A stretch of DNA of 64,000 nt from an uncultured Verrucomicrobiae bacterium (GCA_963818965.1 CAWFUG010000009.1:98212-162211), one strand, 5' to 3'; shown: positions 17,781 through 27,156, counted from the stretch's first letter. The notes: generated from the letters alone by a model not told the origin. A program made the numbers and translations.

Positions 17781-18672
17781 ATCCCCCCTATTGCCCCTGT
17801 GGCAATCCCTTGCGTGGATCATCGCCTCGATCTTCTTCGTGACAGGGCCGAGTTATTTAGGATTCAAATGGACCCTTGAAAAGAGAAGAGAGGCCTTGCG
17901 CAACCCTCAATTTGCGATCCGCTGGATCATCCAAACAGGTCCCCAGAGACAGGCCTTAACGACAGAGTGCCTCGCAGAAATCCTCCAGCTCTCAGCAGAC
18001 CATCCTGAAAGCTCGAAAAACTTCGATCTCAAACGCGCAGAGCAGCGCTTAGAAACCTGCCCTCTCATCGCCTCCTCTCAATGCAAAGTCGTCGCACCCG
18101 ATGCGGTTTTCGTCGACTACACCGTGCGCCAACCGATCGCCTTCTTAGAGGATTTTGAAAATGTCGCCATCGATAAGGAGGGGTATCCCTTTCCCTTTGC
18201 CCCATTTTTTTCTCCCAAAAATCTCCCCTCGCTCTACTTGGGAGTCCACGATGCAGCGGTTGAAGGAGAGCGCCCCCAAGTACAGTGGAATACCCCCCTC
18301 TTTGGGAAATCGTTCGCCCTAGGCGATGCCCTTCTCAAGATCGTCACCGCACCAGAATATAGGGACCAATTCCACGTCCGCCGCATCGATGTCTCGAATG
18401 CCTTTGCAGAGAGCTATGGGACGCGCGCCATCGTGCTTCTCACCGAGGATTTTCTCATCCAAGGGCAAACTCACTACATTTTACCGCGGATTTTGCGTTT
18501 GAGCACCAAGAACTACGCCCAAGAGCTCGCCAACTACCTACAATTGCGCACAGAGTGGCTCGAACGGGAGCGCCAGAGCCTTCCCCGTTCTTCATTAGAG
18601 AAGGGAGAGATCACTCTCAAAGAAAAAATCATCGACCTGCGCATCGAGCAGCTCGCCTTCGTCGAAGGATGA
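17767..18672 (+). CDS. ftsQ: FtsQ-like cell-division protein (single N-terminal TM segment)
   Basis: Trimmed to the ATG at 17767 (MKRSKSPLLPLWQSLAWIIASIFFVTG). The position directly after murC is as in dcw clusters. The assignment rests on position and architecture only. Confidence 0.5.
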   Translation: MKRSKSPLLPLWQSLAWIIASIFFVTGPSYLGFKWTLEKRREALRNPQFAIRWIIQTGPQRQALTTECLAEILQLSADHPESSKNFDLKRAEQRLETCPLIASSQCKVVAPDAVFVDYTVRQPIAFLEDFENVAIDKEGYPFPFAPFFSPKNLPSLYLGVHDAAVEGERPQVQWNTPLFGKSFALGDALLKIVTAPEYRDQFHVRRIDVSNAFAESYGTRAIVLLTEDFLIQGQTHYILPRILRLSTKNYAQELANYLQLRTEWLERERQSLPRSSLEKGEITLKEKIIDLRIEQLAFVEG

Positions 18673-18841
18673 GAGGCTAGCTCATTGGAAGGGTCATCTC
18701 ATTGCGATACTTTTTGGGTCGCCCAACTGATATTTGTAATGCTGTCCCGTAACGAGATCTTGTAAGGTCGTATCCGTTATTGAACCGCACGCTGAACGTA
18801 GGTAGTGAATGCAGATATCATCTCCGTAAACTTGCCATTGC

Positions 18842-18929
18842 AATTTCACCACAGAGATGGAAAACCACAGAGAGGAAATTCATATTAAAAAATTTCCTCT
18901 CTGTGGTTTTCCATCTCTGTGGTGAAATT
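18842..18929. repeat. Palindromic repeat family B (CCACAGAG element), complete copy
   Basis: AATTTCACCACAGAGATGGAAAACCACAGAGAGGAAATT, loop CATATTAAAA, then the exact reverse complement. The 39-nt arms are perfect. Confidence 0.9.
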
Positions 18930-18960
18930 CAGCTATTTATGCAACAACGCCTGTTGCTAG

Positions 18961-21900
18961 TCAAAAGAGGGCGATTTCTAAATTCACCTTTGGGTAATCT
19001 TTATTCTCAACTTTATCTGATTTTATATGAAAAGAGCGCTCTTCAGCCAATTTTTCATTGGTGCCTTTCATTCTGAGGGATAAAGTGGGATTTCCGTATC
19101 TAATTTCCTGGAATTGTTTTACGAAATTCGGGCTTTCCTTTTTTAATTCAAAACAACTTAGGTCAATAGAGATGTTACAATTTTTTAGGTGTCGAGATCC
19201 GAGAAGGAGCGTCTCTAAGAGCCTGATTGAAGGGAGGTATTCGTAGTAAGAAAGATTTAAAGTTTTTAACTGATCCATTTCAGAGATCGTGCTTATCAAT
19301 TCACCCATACAATCGCACTTCAGTAGCCGGATGCTAAGTTCTGTACACTGTCTCAGGCGAGGAAAACGGATCTTTGTAGGATGCATCTCTACAGGAGCTT
19401 CTAGAAGATTCTGTGAAAAATGGCGCCTTGGAGGTTGTTGCGGAGTACTGCGCTTTAATTCTAGCGTGACGCCTGTAGGGGGTAATCGATCGAAAAATTC
19501 ATAGGGGGTGGTTCTCTCAATGTGAGTCATGTCAGTAAGTATGCAGATTTTAGATAGCGTTGGGGGGATCTTCAAGGAGCGTACCGCCTCCCAGCTTTCC
19601 ATGTCTTTTAGAGCAATCAGTAAATGCTGCAATTCTGGGAGCTCAGATAAAGCAAAAGTCTCAAGAGGAGGAGCCTTTCCTGAGATGTAGAGAGAAAGAA
19701 AGTGAAGGCGTGGACAGGCTTGGACTATTTTTGACCAGGCTCCCTCTGCAACGTGGGGATCTGTCTGAGTGAAGAGAGTGAGGTAACGAATATTTTGTCC
19801 GATTGCTTTCAGAAACTCTAGGGGTTTTGATTGTATAGAAAAGAGCTCGATTTCATTGAATCCTTTGAATTTTTTCAGTTTGCCTTCTTTACAGTAGACA
19901 GAAGAGCATTCATTCAGGAGAGGATGACAATTGATGGAGGCTGCCCATCGGGCAGCGGCGAGAAGGGTATCTTCCTGTAATAGCGACATTAGAAAAGCGA
20001 TTCTTGCAGCCTGGGTTCTAAGGGGGGTTAAGTCAGAGCCAAATACTCCTTTTTGAATTTCTTCCAGTGCCAGAAAGAAAGAGGGGGACAGCCTTCCCGC
20101 CTCTTGAAGCCGAATCAAAGGGACCTCGTTCTCACGGATGACATTTTCTAGGAACTCGACAGCTCTTTTAGCACTTCTAAAGGGAATCCCTTCAAAGGCT
20201 CTTCCCATTTTGCCCTCTTTGAAGATTTGAGGAGAGATTTCCATCCGTAGGAGCAATTGTAGAGATAGGGGTATAGATTGCGCCTGAGGGTACTCAATTC
20301 CGATTTCCAGAGTGTTTACGAAATCTGCATGTTCAGGATAGAACGTTTGGCAATCTTGCAGTGCTTTTTTAAGGACTTCAAAATCCAGGCTCCCTTCTTT
20401 GATCTGTCTGCCGATTGTCAGAGCGAGGTTGCTTAGAAAAAGCGTTGGTTCTTCTAAGGGCGTTTCGTTTTCTCTTTGCACAAGAAAGTAAAGAAACCGG
20501 GGGAGTTGTGCTGCGGATAACGCATGAGTCAGGGTACCACTTTTATCGGATGCGATCTTTTCAAAATATGCAGTTTCTCCTTTTAACGGCGCAGCACCTT
20601 GAGAGAGCACTGAGGCTTGAACGGATTTCCAGAAGCTCTCACATACCTCCTCTTTTCTAAGCGTGTTAAGGAAATGAGAGGCAGCTTCTTCTTTTACAGT
20701 TCCAAGGATAAAAAAAACATCAGAAGGACTCCAGGAATTAAGCGATTCTTTATTAACGGAATACGCTATGAAGTAGAGGTCCTCTATCTTTTTTTCTAGG
20801 AGCTTTTTTTCTGCTATGAGTCCTAATTCATGGCAACAATAGACATCGCAAAGAAGAAGGAGTGTTTTCTGCTGCGGCCTTGAGTAGTTGATTTGTTTCC
20901 AGTGAATCGTCGATAAAGATCGGTTGTTTTGCAAGCTTTTCAACACTCGAGTGGCGTATTTCAAAGTGGCAAATGAGGGAAGAGTGGTGATTGCAATCGT
21001 AACTGCGTATTTATTTCCTTTTTTTTGAATTAAAAAAAGGGAGCTTTTTTCTAACCAGAGCAGCACATATTCTTGTAATTCGGGACAGGGGATTGCTCCT
21101 AGGTTATCCGCAAGTGCAGCTATGTTTTCCATGGAATCGCCGCTTTTTCTAATGATCTCTTGTGCGATTAGGCTTCTTTCTGTCTCGAAGTCACTGAGGG
21201 CAAAGAACTGGATTCCCTCTAAAATTGCCCACAATTGCTCGAGAGTTTGGGCGTTGATCTTCTGTTCTCTAAACAGGTTATGGAAAAAGCCTTTCCTCTT
21301 CGCCTTGAGCAGGTCATAGAGAAAATAGAAACTTTTTGCCACATCGCCGGTTAAAACGATTTGGCTCAGTGGCTTCATGCCAGGTTTCAAGAGAGTTTGA
21401 AAATACTCGCTCTGAGAGAACATATTCCACGGGCAGATCGATAACGTTCCGATCTCTTCTAGAACGACGATCAAATGATCTTCTTTTAAGCGTTTCTGCA
21501 AATCGAAGGAATTTTCTGCGGCTTTTATAAGCTCGTTGCAATATTTGGGGTCGAGTTTCCCAATTTTAAGAAGGGTGAGTAGGTGATCGAAGAGCTCATT
21601 GCGCAGGCGAGAACTTTTCGCATCGCCATGGACAAAATGAAAGAGGCGGTACAAAGCTTCGGGAGAAAGTGCTTGCCATTCTTCGTCTATACCCTTTGCA
21701 GCAATTTTGCTGAAAAGAGCGCACTCAGCAGCGACCGTTTCAAGTGTTACTAGGTGTGGCGAGGATTCCTGTAAAGTGGGGGGCAGTGTCGCAAATAGCT
21801 GTAAAAAATCTTTTTCCTCTGAGGATGGCCAAACGGAAGCCAGGCAATAAATTGTCCTCATGCTCAATTTAGGTGACCTTCGATTTATTCTGGGAAGTTG

Positions 21901-22419
21901 ATATTCGAGAGACTGGGTGTAGAATTCTTCCAGATCGGGAATTTCAACAAGGGAGGTGAAGCATTTGAGTTCCACGAGCGTTTCGAGAGAGGCAGAGTTT
22001 ATGATTTTTGGGTCGATCAAAAGCGCAAAGGCTTCGTTGCTCAGCGATTCTATGAGATGAGATTCATAAGGGTGGGACTCTGGATGAAAGAGGAATTGCC
22101 AAAGTTTTGGTGAGATGAACAGAATCGATGTAGGTTTGATTCGCAAAGAGCGGAATCGTGGATCTTTCAAGATTGTTCGGAAGTTGTTTTTAGATAAAAC
22201 TTCTAAAATCCGCATTCGAAATTCCAGAGGAATTTCCCCTTTCTTGGCGTAATCTTTCAAAACCTTTTTGCTCTCTTTGTAGGCCAGGGCGCCTTCAAGG
22301 TTTGTGCGGTATGTTGAATAATACGCATCTTGATTTGAAGTGAGAATTGCCAACTTATCTTCCAAAATCTGAAAAAAAGAAGGGGCGGATATGCTTGTTG
22401 TGGTTGTGGCTGAGCTCAT
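18961..22419 (-). CDS. Large (1152 aa) hypothetical protein with a possible BTB/POZ-like segment and C-terminal leucine-rich (RNI/F-box-LRR-like) region
   Basis: Long uninterrupted ORF, trimmed to the ATG at 22419 because the TTG at 22518 lies inside a palindrome. DHLIVVLEEIGTLSICPWNMFSQSEYFQTLLKPGMK..IVLTGDVAKSFYFLYDLL looks BTB-like. The C-terminal IRYLTLF..CPRLHFLSLYISG..LPELQHLLIAL..LKTLNLSYY is leucine-rich. Confidence 0.6.
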   Translation of the reverse strand: MSSATTTTSISAPSFFQILEDKLAILTSNQDAYYSTYRTNLEGALAYKESKKVLKDYAKKGEIPLEFRMRILEVLSKNNFRTILKDPRFRSLRIKPTSILFISPKLWQFLFHPESHPYESHLIESLSNEAFALLIDPKIINSASLETLVELKCFTSLVEIPDLEEFYTQSLEYQLPRINRRSPKLSMRTIYCLASVWPSSEEKDFLQLFATLPPTLQESSPHLVTLETVAAECALFSKIAAKGIDEEWQALSPEALYRLFHFVHGDAKSSRLRNELFDHLLTLLKIGKLDPKYCNELIKAAENSFDLQKRLKEDHLIVVLEEIGTLSICPWNMFSQSEYFQTLLKPGMKPLSQIVLTGDVAKSFYFLYDLLKAKRKGFFHNLFREQKINAQTLEQLWAILEGIQFFALSDFETERSLIAQEIIRKSGDSMENIAALADNLGAIPCPELQEYVLLWLEKSSLFLIQKKGNKYAVTIAITTLPSFATLKYATRVLKSLQNNRSLSTIHWKQINYSRPQQKTLLLLCDVYCCHELGLIAEKKLLEKKIEDLYFIAYSVNKESLNSWSPSDVFFILGTVKEEAASHFLNTLRKEEVCESFWKSVQASVLSQGAAPLKGETAYFEKIASDKSGTLTHALSAAQLPRFLYFLVQRENETPLEEPTLFLSNLALTIGRQIKEGSLDFEVLKKALQDCQTFYPEHADFVNTLEIGIEYPQAQSIPLSLQLLLRMEISPQIFKEGKMGRAFEGIPFRSAKRAVEFLENVIRENEVPLIRLQEAGRLSPSFFLALEEIQKGVFGSDLTPLRTQAARIAFLMSLLQEDTLLAAARWAASINCHPLLNECSSVYCKEGKLKKFKGFNEIELFSIQSKPLEFLKAIGQNIRYLTLFTQTDPHVAEGAWSKIVQACPRLHFLSLYISGKAPPLETFALSELPELQHLLIALKDMESWEAVRSLKIPPTLSKICILTDMTHIERTTPYEFFDRLPPTGVTLELKRSTPQQPPRRHFSQNLLEAPVEMHPTKIRFPRLRQCTELSIRLLKCDCMGELISTISEMDQLKTLNLSYYEYLPSIRLLETLLLGSRHLKNCNISIDLSCFELKKESPNFVKQFQEIRYGNPTLSLRMKGTNEKLAEERSFHIKSDKVENKDYPKVNLEIALF

Positions 22420-22448
22420 GAGAAAATCCTTAAAAGATAAAATACGGT

Positions 22449-22628
22449 GGGTATATAGCCCTTCCACCTCAATCGTAACCACAAGCAAACCGATTAAAAG
22501 CCTCAAAATTCGAATCAAAGGTCGGGGTCAATATTGAATTTAATATTGACCCCGACCTTTGATTCGAATTTTGAGAACTTTTCATTCGGTTTTCTTGGGT
22601 ACGATTGAGGTGGAAGGGGTATATGCCC
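22449..22628. repeat. ~180-bp long palindrome (perfect 34-nt core arms, imperfect outer arms)
   Basis: Core 22502-22535 CTCAAAATTCGAATCAAAGGTCGGGGTCAATATT, loop GAATTT, then the exact reverse complement at 22542-22575. Outer arms 22449-22500 and 22576-22628 pair with a few mismatches and one indel. Confidence 0.85.
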
Positions 22629-22680
22629 AAGTGGACTCAAAAGTTGGCCCTACGGCCCACTTTTGAGTCCACTTGAGTAT
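22620..22680. repeat. Palindromic repeat family A copy, abutting the long palindrome
   Basis: TATATGCCCAAGTGGACTCAAAAGTTGGCCCTACGGCCCACTTTTGAGTCCACTTGAGTAT. Confidence 0.85.
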
Positions 22681-22770
22681 AGACTCAAATTCTCGGTAGA
22701 TGCTATACCAGAGTCGTTTTTGACATTTAGGAATTGTCCCAGGATCAACTCTAAACTTAAATTTTGAACT

Positions 22771-23001
22771 ATGAAAGACTTTATCGCTTATCTGATTAAA
22801 AATCTCGTGGATCAGCCTGACTCTGTCGATGTACAGATCATCGATGGGAACCAAGGGACTATTGTGGAAGTGCGCGTCTCTGCAGAGGACGTCGCCAAGG
22901 TCGTGGGAAAACAGGGAAGAACCATCAAGTCGTTGCGCACGATTGCAATGACAGTCGGCGCTAGGTTTGGTCGGCGCGTCCGCTTAGAGCTCGTCCATTA
23001 A
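22771..23001 (+). CDS. KH-domain RNA-binding protein (YlqC/UPF0109-like)
   Basis: 76 aa; VVGKQGRTIKSLRTI (GxxG KH motif); typical size. Confidence 0.8.
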   Translation: MKDFIAYLIKNLVDQPDSVDVQIIDGNQGTIVEVRVSAEDVAKVVGKQGRTIKSLRTIAMTVGARFGRRVRLELVH

Positions 23002-23018
23002 CAACCCTCTTCTTTTTC

Positions 23019-23096
23019 CTTCCCCTCTGTGGTTTCCCATCTCTGTGGTAAACACATTATCACCACAGAGGTGGGAAACCACAGAGGGGAGGGAAG
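23019..23096. repeat. Palindromic repeat family B copy (arms in permuted order)
   Basis: CTTCCCCTCTGTGGTTTCCCATCTCTGTGGT, loop, then ACCACAGAGGTGGGAAACCACAGAGGGGAGGGAAG. It starts 18 nt after the KH-gene stop. Confidence 0.85.
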
Positions 23097-23115
23097 CTCA
23101 GGTTAAGGAGTACGC

Positions 23116-24144
23116 GTGTCAGGTCTTGCGTTCGAAGATAAAGAGTTAAAGCTTCTCCTTCAGCATTTTGCACTCTCTCAAAAAGATCCCCTTTCCCCAC
23201 ATGCCAAAAAGAAAAAAGTGATCGTGATTGCAGGGCCAACAGCTGTCGGTAAGACGCAGTTGTCGCTCATCATCGCACGGGCAATTGGCGGGCATGTCAT
23301 CTCCGCAGACTCGATGCAGGTCTATCGGGGGATGGATATTGGGACAGCCAAAGCTTTACCCCAAGAGCGAGGGAAAATCCCCCACCACCTGATCGACAGT
23401 CGAGAAATCGATGAGACTTACAATGTCGTCGCCTTTTATAAAGAAGCGCATCAGGCAATCCAGGAAACGCTCGATAAAGGAGCCGTTCCGATCGTCGTCG
23501 GAGGAACCGGGTTCTATATCCATGCGCTCATTTACGGCCCCCCTCATGGCCCTCCCTCCGACTCAGAAGTGCGTACAGCCCTCGAGGAAGAGATGAAAGA
23601 GCTCGGCCCCGAACCGCTCTTTCAGCGTTTAAAGGAATTAGACCCTGAATACGCTCAGACGATCACCTCAGGGGATCGCCATAAGATCATCCGAGGGTTA
23701 GAGATCATCGCGCTGACGAAGATGAAGGTCTCTGAGTTGAAGACGACGACATCAGAAGCCTTAAACACTTACGATTTTCGGTGCTGGTTCATGTACTACC
23801 CCCGGGAGATCCTCTACCCGCGGATCGAGATGCGCTGCGATCAGATGATCCAGCAGGGATTTTTAGAAGAGGTCAAGCGGTTGGAAGGGGAGGGGCTCAT
23901 GAATAATCTCACGGCGTCTCAAGCGATCGGCTACCGGCAGTGCTTGGAGTACCTGCACTCTTCGCGTAGCCAGGAAGATTGGGATCGTTTTGTGACTACC
24001 TTCAAACAGGCGTCGCGCCGGTATGCGAAGCGGCAGTTCACTTGGTACCGGAAAGAGCCCCTGTTTCGTTGGGTCAATCTCGAGAAAATTCCCCTGGAGC
24101 TCTCTGCTGAGCTCATCATTCAAGACTACGAATTGAGTTTCTGA
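23116..24144 (+). CDS. miaA: tRNA dimethylallyltransferase
   Basis: GTG start; VIAGPTAVGKTQLS, SADSMQVYRGMDIGTAK. Confidence 0.9.
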   Translation: MSGLAFEDKELKLLLQHFALSQKDPLSPHAKKKKVIVIAGPTAVGKTQLSLIIARAIGGHVISADSMQVYRGMDIGTAKALPQERGKIPHHLIDSREIDETYNVVAFYKEAHQAIQETLDKGAVPIVVGGTGFYIHALIYGPPHGPPSDSEVRTALEEEMKELGPEPLFQRLKELDPEYAQTITSGDRHKIIRGLEIIALTKMKVSELKTTTSEALNTYDFRCWFMYYPREILYPRIEMRCDQMIQQGFLEEVKRLEGEGLMNNLTASQAIGYRQCLEYLHSSRSQEDWDRFVTTFKQASRRYAKRQFTWYRKEPLFRWVNLEKIPLELSAELIIQDYELSF

Positions 24145-24177
24145 CTTCACTAAAAATCATTATTTCTCTAATATGTC

Positions 24178-25926
24178 ATGTTCAGATGTCTTTTATCCAG
24201 TGGCAAAATGACTTTAGATCATGAATTAGGTAGTGAATCAGAAGAGTTCCTCATTGAGGGATTAGGGGATCTCGCTGCTCCCGAAGAAAGTTTAGAGAGC
24301 CTCCCTCCCTTCGAAGAAAATATAGGGAGCCCCCCTCCCCTCGAAGAAAATGTAGAGGTGCTCCCTCCTCCCGAAGAAGCGAAAAAATCAGAACTCCTCC
24401 CCTTTTCAGAGTTCCTACAGCGCTTTAATGAAGAGAATAGTAGTGAGCGAAAAATCTCTTTAAGCCTTGAGTTTATGCGAGGTGCCCTTGCGAGTGGTGG
24501 AACCCCTCGTTTCAAAGATTTTTGGGAAGGGCGTAAGTTGTGCCTCCCTCTTTTTAAGGAAAGTATCCCCGCAAAAAGCCGCTCCCAGCTGTGGAGTGAG
24601 TATATCGAACTGTCGACCGAGGCAAAACGTCTAAAAGAAATTTTAGATGAACAATCCGCTTTTGCGATTGAACAGATCGAGCTCGCCATCCAAGCATTGG
24701 AGAGAGATTTGGAGCACTTTGCTCTTTTGCTCCAGTCTATACCAGCGCTCATCCCCAAGGAGTGTTTTTCTCTACGGCAAAAAGCTGCGAGTTATAGCGA
24801 AATCCAAAATGAGCTGAACTTACTCAATACTCTCGCGACGCGGATCAATGGATTGCGTAAAGAGATCGTGAAAACAGAGATGCGGATCCGGATCAAAAAT
24901 CGCCTGTTGGAGCGTCTCTCTCATTGCGGAGATCAGATCTTTCCCAAAAGAAAAGAATTGATCAAAAAGCTCTCTCGAGAATTCATAGAGGATGTGCAGA
25001 ATTTTCTCGACAGTCATTTTCGAGAAGAGGAACTCAAAGGACTTCCTCTCTATGCCCTGCGTGAAGAGATTAAGCACCTGCAATCGATCGCTAAGATTTT
25101 GACGCTCAATACGCAAGCCTTTACAGAGACGCGGCAGCTCTTGAGTCGCTGCTGGGATCGCATCCGGAACGAGGAGAGAGAGAAGAAAAGAGAATTCCAA
25201 GAAAAGCGCCAGCTATTTAAGCAAAATTTCGATAGCGTCTTAGAAAAAATCAAGGGATTTAAAGAGAAATGTGAATCTGGGCTTTCTATGGAAGAGTGTG
25301 ACATAGAATCCTCTGAGATCCTCCAGTTTATGAAGACGATCGAGCTCGGCCGAGAAGAGGTGCGAGCCCTCAGAGATGAACTCTTTAAGGCAAAAAGCGG
25401 CCCATTGGAGCGTGCGCGAGAACTAGAAGAGGAAAAGCGGCGTCAGGAAAAGCAAGCGGAGATTCAGCGCAGAGAGAAAATTGAGACATTTAAGCACTCT
25501 TTACAAGAGCTCGCGCGTGGAGCTGTTTCCTTAGATGTTGCCGATCTGATCGCCCAAAAAGGACAACTCTTAGAGGCGTTAGCAGAGATCTCCTTGACCA
25601 AAGGAGAGCGGCATCTCGTCGACCGGCTGTTCAAGCAGATTAAAGACGTGATCGATGAAAAGCGGCAAAAAGCCCTTCTCAATTTGTCAGATGTCGATTT
25701 ACAGGCTCTCGATCAATTAAAAAGCGCTCTAGAAGAGAAACGCGGTGCACGCGCAGAACTGAAAAACCAGTTGGAACAGTACCGGAAAATCCTCGGAGGA
25801 TCGGGCTTTGATTTTGAAAAGGCGATGCTCTATCGCGAGATGATCGAAGAGGAAAAGGGGCGTCTGGATAAATTAGACTCTGCAATCGGGGAAATAGAGG
25901 AGAAGATAGACGAAATTGAAGGGTAG
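24178..25926 (+). CDS. Glu/Lys/Arg-rich coiled-coil protein of unknown function with an N-terminal 10-aa tandem repeat
   Basis: 582-aa ORF. 30-nt units at about 24271-24390 encode AAPEESLES / LPPFEENIGS / PPPLEENVEV / LPPPEEAKKS. Confidence 0.6.
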   Translation: MFRCLLSSGKMTLDHELGSESEEFLIEGLGDLAAPEESLESLPPFEENIGSPPPLEENVEVLPPPEEAKKSELLPFSEFLQRFNEENSSERKISLSLEFMRGALASGGTPRFKDFWEGRKLCLPLFKESIPAKSRSQLWSEYIELSTEAKRLKEILDEQSAFAIEQIELAIQALERDLEHFALLLQSIPALIPKECFSLRQKAASYSEIQNELNLLNTLATRINGLRKEIVKTEMRIRIKNRLLERLSHCGDQIFPKRKELIKKLSREFIEDVQNFLDSHFREEELKGLPLYALREEIKHLQSIAKILTLNTQAFTETRQLLSRCWDRIRNEEREKKREFQEKRQLFKQNFDSVLEKIKGFKEKCESGLSMEECDIESSEILQFMKTIELGREEVRALRDELFKAKSGPLERARELEEEKRRQEKQAEIQRREKIETFKHSLQELARGAVSLDVADLIAQKGQLLEALAEISLTKGERHLVDRLFKQIKDVIDEKRQKALLNLSDVDLQALDQLKSALEEKRGARAELKNQLEQYRKILGGSGFDFEKAMLYREMIEEEKGRLDKLDSAIGEIEEKIDEIEG

Positions 25927-26575
25927 GCGTATTTTTCGCTTAGCTGTCTTTGATCTCGACCGAACGATTGTCGTAGACAATTGCAGTTTTGCTTTTTGTA
26001 GATATTTGGTATCGAAAAAAGTCTTGTCTCCCTTTTCTATACTCTATTCCCTTTTCTGTTATGTGAAGCTCTCAATTTTTGGGATGAGACTCAGTGATTT
26101 ACACGTCAACGTCTTTGCTCGCTTTTTGAAAGGGCGTTCCTTAACAGGCTTAGAAGAGCACATAGGTCCTTTTTTGGAGGAGTATTTTTTTGCCTCGATG
26201 TATCCTCCAGCGCTCGTCCGCCTGCGGTTGGCCCAGCAACTCGGAGACTACACAGTAATCCTCTCAAGCTCTCCTAGTTTTCTCGTGAAGCGGATCGCAG
26301 AGCTCTTAGGTGTAGATGAGTGGGCTGCCTCTGAGTACGGCGTCGATGAAAAGAACCGCTTGTCTCATATTCGCTCGATCATGCAAGGGGAGGAGAAGGC
26401 TGCGTACGTCGAAGCACTTAGCAGAGAATTAAGGATTGCAAAAGATCACACGACCGCTTATACCGATAGTTTTTTAGACTTAAAGCTGCTCGCATCGGTG
26501 GGAACTCCTGTAGCAGTTAACCCCGACCGGAGTCTGAAGGAAATAGCGAATCAAAATCAGTGGGAAATTCTGTGA
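25916..26575 (+). CDS. HAD-superfamily hydrolase (subfamily IB, SerB-like)
   Basis: LAVFDLDRTIV (DxDxT motif I); TTG start in the ORF track. Confidence 0.7.
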   Translation: MKGRRIFRLAVFDLDRTIVVDNCSFAFCRYLVSKKVLSPFSILYSLFCYVKLSIFGMRLSDLHVNVFARFLKGRSLTGLEEHIGPFLEEYFFASMYPPALVRLRLAQQLGDYTVILSSSPSFLVKRIAELLGVDEWAASEYGVDEKNRLSHIRSIMQGEEKAAYVEALSRELRIAKDHTTAYTDSFLDLKLLASVGTPVAVNPDRSLKEIANQNQWEIL

Positions 26576-27153
26576 AAAAGAAGAGGATAGGCCTTTTCGG
26601 AGGCAGCTTTGACCCGATCCACTTGGGACATCTGAATTTAGCGATCAACCTCTTAGAGCAGTGCTCACTCGATCAAGTCTTATTTTGTCCGACGACCCTC
26701 TCTCCCTTTAAAACAGAGACTCCCGCCATTGCTGCAATCGAGCATCGCCTCGAAATGATCCGGCGCACCATCGACCCCATCGATGCTTTTGCCCTATTAG
26801 ATTGGGAAGCGAAAAGCGGCGATGGGGGGCCAACCTACACCATCGATACGGTGCGCGCCCTGGCCCAAGATCCCTCCCAAGAGGTTTACCTGCTCATCGG
26901 CGAGGACCATCTCGATGCGCTCCACCGTTGGAAGGACTCTGCCGAGCTGATCCGCCTGGCGCCACCCCTCGTCGCCTCTCGAGAAGTCTCAAAACCCGCA
27001 GCTTCTCCTCTTGAAGTGACTCAAATTAAAATTCCACTATACGAGATCAGTAGCACAGAGATCCGCGAGCGTCTTTTGGAAAAAAAATATTGTGGCCACC
27101 TCGTCCCTGCTTTGGCACTAGACTATATTTACCAGAATCAACTATATTGTTAG
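26560..27153 (+). CDS. nadD: Nicotinate-nucleotide adenylyltransferase
   Basis: LFGGSFDPIHLGHL, ISSTEIR. A GTG start at 26560 or 26572 is possible. Confidence 0.85.
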   Translation: MGNSVKKKRIGLFGGSFDPIHLGHLNLAINLLEQCSLDQVLFCPTTLSPFKTETPAIAAIEHRLEMIRRTIDPIDAFALLDWEAKSGDGGPTYTIDTVRALAQDPSQEVYLLIGEDHLDALHRWKDSAELIRLAPPLVASREVSKPAASPLEVTQIKIPLYEISSTEIRERLLEKKYCGHLVPALALDYIYQNQLYC

Positions 27154-27156
27154 CCT

